DNA of 15,611 bases, taken from the IMG/VR virus record IMGVR_UViG_3300029733_000039, positions 1 through 15,611 of that record; one strand, written 5' to 3'. Both the position numbers and the translations under genes were made by a program. The stretch is from a virus (taxonomy: Duplodnaviria > Heunggongvirae > Uroviricota > Caudoviricetes). This document shows positions 13,613 to 15,611 of the stretch, in pieces. The notes beneath the pieces are model-generated. The model saw only the letters and a program-made list of their open reading frames with translations, did not search any database and had not been told where the DNA came from. Position 1 is the first letter of the stretch. Each line of letters opens with the position of its first letter.

Positions 13613-15595
13613 ATGGCATTTAAACACTATGACGTGGTCAGGGCGGCGTCGCCGTCAGACCTTGCGGAGCGACTGACTCAAAAACTGAAGGAGGGGTGGC
13701 AGCCATTTGGCAGTCCGGTGGCCATCACGCCCTATACCCTGATGCAGGCCATTGCGGCGGAAGGTGATGTCACCACACCGGTGGTGGTGCAACCGTCGGG
13801 TGATGGTGGCGCTGTTATCAGCACCACCAGCGAACCGGAATATTACTTTGTCATTGCGCTGGCCGGGCAGTCCAACTCGATGTCTTTTGGCGAGGGGCTG
13901 CCGCTGCCGGATACGTATGATCGTCCTGACCCGCGTATTAAGCAACTGGCGCGTCGCAGCACGGTGACACCGGGCGGTGCGGCCTGTGCATATAACGACA
14001 TTATTCCTGCAGACCATTGTCTGCATGATGTGCAGGACGTGAGTAATCTGAATCACCCGAAAGCAGACCTCAATAAAGGGCAGTATGGCTGTGTGGGGCA
14101 TGCCCTGCATGTGGCCAAAAAACTGCTGCCGTTTATGCCTGCCCGTGCGGGGATCCTTCTTGTCCCGTGTGGACGTGGCGATTCGGGATTTACTGCGGGA
14201 GCAGAGGGCGCGTTTAATGAGGCGTCGGGTGCGACAGCGGGCTCTTCCCTGTGGGGGGGGGATAAACCGTTGTATCGTGACCTGGTCAGCAGAACGCGTG
14301 CAGCCCTGAAGAAAAATCCGAAAAACGTGCTGTTGTCGGTGATCTGGATGCAGGGGGAAAAAGATGTCAGTTCGGGGAGACATGCAGAGCACAATGCACT
14401 TTTTCTTGCCATGGTAAATAAATACCGTGCAGACCTGGCAGATATTGCAGACCAGTGTATTGGCGGGACAACGTCCGGCGTCCCGTGGATTTGCGGTGAC
14501 ACCACGTACGACTGGAAGGCGAAGTATGCAGTGCAGTATGAGGCGGTTTACGGAGGCTATAAAGGCAAGGCGGCGCAGAATATTCACTTTGTGCCGTTGA
14601 TGACGGATGAGCATGGTGCGAATGTGCCGACAAACGAGCCGTCAGAAGATCCGGACATTATCACGGCGGGATACTATGGTGCCGCGTCACGCAGTAATGG
14701 TAACTGGACGACAGCCGATCGTAAAACGCACTTCAGCTCCTGGGCGCGAAGAGGCATTGTTTCAGATCGGCTGGCAGGAGAGATACTGGTGCGAGCCGGG
14801 CGTTTGCTGCCGTTCCTGAGCGGGCAGTCTGCACCGCTGGCGACCACGCCAGCCTCCACGGGGGATGCACAGTCTGGCTCTGCGGGTCCGACGCAACAGC
14901 AGGGTGCAGGTACTTCTGCAGGCGGTCATACTGAAGCCGTAACAAGAATGGTGGCCGGATATGATGCGAACAGTGGCAGTGGTGTATGGACAGAGCAGCA
15001 GTGGAATGCGTCCGGTGGTAAAGGCACTGTGACGGATGACAGTGGCAGGAAGGCGCTGCGACTGGAAAAACAGCCGGGTAAACTGACCTCCTGGAAGATG
15101 TTCCGTACTGTTGCGGTGGAGGAGGCAAAAAATCTTCTCAGTAAGGGAGGTGAAATTGCCGTGCGGTTTAAGATCCCGGAGGGTGTCGAACTGGTTAACG
15201 GTCAGTTTGTCTTTGGTCTGTACTGGCCGGTGTCGCAGTGGGCGTCAGGCGCGACAGCAAACAGCATGCTGGCGTCCTTCTTCCTTCAGACGGATGCATC
15301 AAATCTGAATCTGATGTACCACAAGGGGGAGTCGAATGCGCAACTGGGCACATTTGGGGCATTTGACCATAACTGGCATACGGTTGTTTTCCGCTTTGCG
15401 GGAAATAACAGCGAAAAAGTGGTGCCGGTGATTGATGATGCAGAGCAGTCTGCGTTTGACCTGGTGATGTGGACAAATGATGGCTTTACAGCAGATACGC
15501 TGACGCTGACAGATATCACGGGGGCAAAAGCGACGTATCCGGTACTGCTTGATACGGTCACAGTCAAAGTTAACGAAAACCGGGAATCAGCATAA
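13613..15595 (+). CDS. nanS: Prophage sialate O-acetylesterase (NanS-p-like: DUF1737 N-terminal domain plus SASA/SGNH esterase domain)
   Basis: 660-aa ORF with a GGAGG RBS. The N-terminus MAFKHYDVV... and the GQSN active-site motif (ALAGQSNSM) are typical of the nanS-p genes found downstream of stx / Q in lambdoid prophages. The C-terminal roughly 200 aa is Gly/Thr/Ser-rich and looks like a carbohydrate-binding region. Confidence 0.75.
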   Translation: MAFKHYDVVRAASPSDLAERLTQKLKEGWQPFGSPVAITPYTLMQAIAAEGDVTTPVVVQPSGDGGAVISTTSEPEYYFVIALAGQSNSMSFGEGLPLPDTYDRPDPRIKQLARRSTVTPGGAACAYNDIIPADHCLHDVQDVSNLNHPKADLNKGQYGCVGHALHVAKKLLPFMPARAGILLVPCGRGDSGFTAGAEGAFNEASGATAGSSLWGGDKPLYRDLVSRTRAALKKNPKNVLLSVIWMQGEKDVSSGRHAEHNALFLAMVNKYRADLADIADQCIGGTTSGVPWICGDTTYDWKAKYAVQYEAVYGGYKGKAAQNIHFVPLMTDEHGANVPTNEPSEDPDIITAGYYGAASRSNGNWTTADRKTHFSSWARRGIVSDRLAGEILVRAGRLLPFLSGQSAPLATTPASTGDAQSGSAGPTQQQGAGTSAGGHTEAVTRMVAGYDANSGSGVWTEQQWNASGGKGTVTDDSGRKALRLEKQPGKLTSWKMFRTVAVEEAKNLLSKGGEIAVRFKIPEGVELVNGQFVFGLYWPVSQWASGATANSMLASFFLQTDASNLNLMYHKGESNAQLGTFGAFDHNWHTVVFRFAGNNSEKVVPVIDDAEQSAFDLVMWTNDGFTADTLTLTDITGAKATYPVLLDTVTVKVNENRESA

Positions 15596-15611
15596 CCGGC
15601 AAAAAAAACCG

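Noticed and set aside
13259-13614. ORFs 13259..13444 (plus) and 13291..13614 (minus) in the cargo interval
   Set aside because: Both run straight through the convergent terminator hairpins, are extremely Arg/Pro-rich, and lack RBSs.
13655-15567. Multiple minus-strand and off-frame ORFs inside the nanS-p-like gene (e.g. 13655..14614, 14733..15128)
   Set aside because: Antisense shadow ORFs in a GC-rich 660-codon gene with a recognisable SGNH esterase motif; Arg/His/Cys-rich composition.
15596-15611. Possible terminator after the nanS-p-like gene (AACCGG-A8-CCG at the window edge)
   Set aside because: The window ends before any stem could be completed; cannot be evaluated.

Overview
This window is an internal segment of a lambdoid prophage of the CPS-53 / Stx-phage type (enterobacterial, judged from gene content and synteny). 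All calls are from reading the sequence and the ORF track; no database search was run. Layout, left to right: (1) the 3' part of a leftward early-left accessory operon (Ead-like, YfdS-, YfdR-, YfdQ-, YfdP-like, all minus strand), fed by a roughly 670-nt structured leader with no long ORF that carries a DicF-like sRNA; (2) the immunity region, with an S24-peptidase CI-like repressor, a palindromic operator, a YdaS-like Cro and a YdaT/CII-like gene; (3) a rightward operon with repeated ATGA/GTGA start-stop overlaps: a 598-codon ORF holding two Rha domains, two small ORFs, an O-like replication gene with internal iterons, a YfdN-like gene, a phage N6-adenine methyltransferase, a LexA DNA-binding-domain-only homolog and RusA; (4) a LexA box followed by KilA-N, DUF968 and antiterminator Q; (5) a tR'-like terminator and a small cargo locus where Stx phages carry stx (no stx here); (6) a nanS-p-like sialate O-acetylesterase gene. 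The most unusual signal is a duplicated module of about 130 nt in front of each Rha domain: a terminator-like hairpin plus an ~80-nt multi-stem element, conserved by compensatory base-pair changes and read in different frames in the two copies. No integrase, att site, CRISPR array, IS element or canonical tRNA was found.
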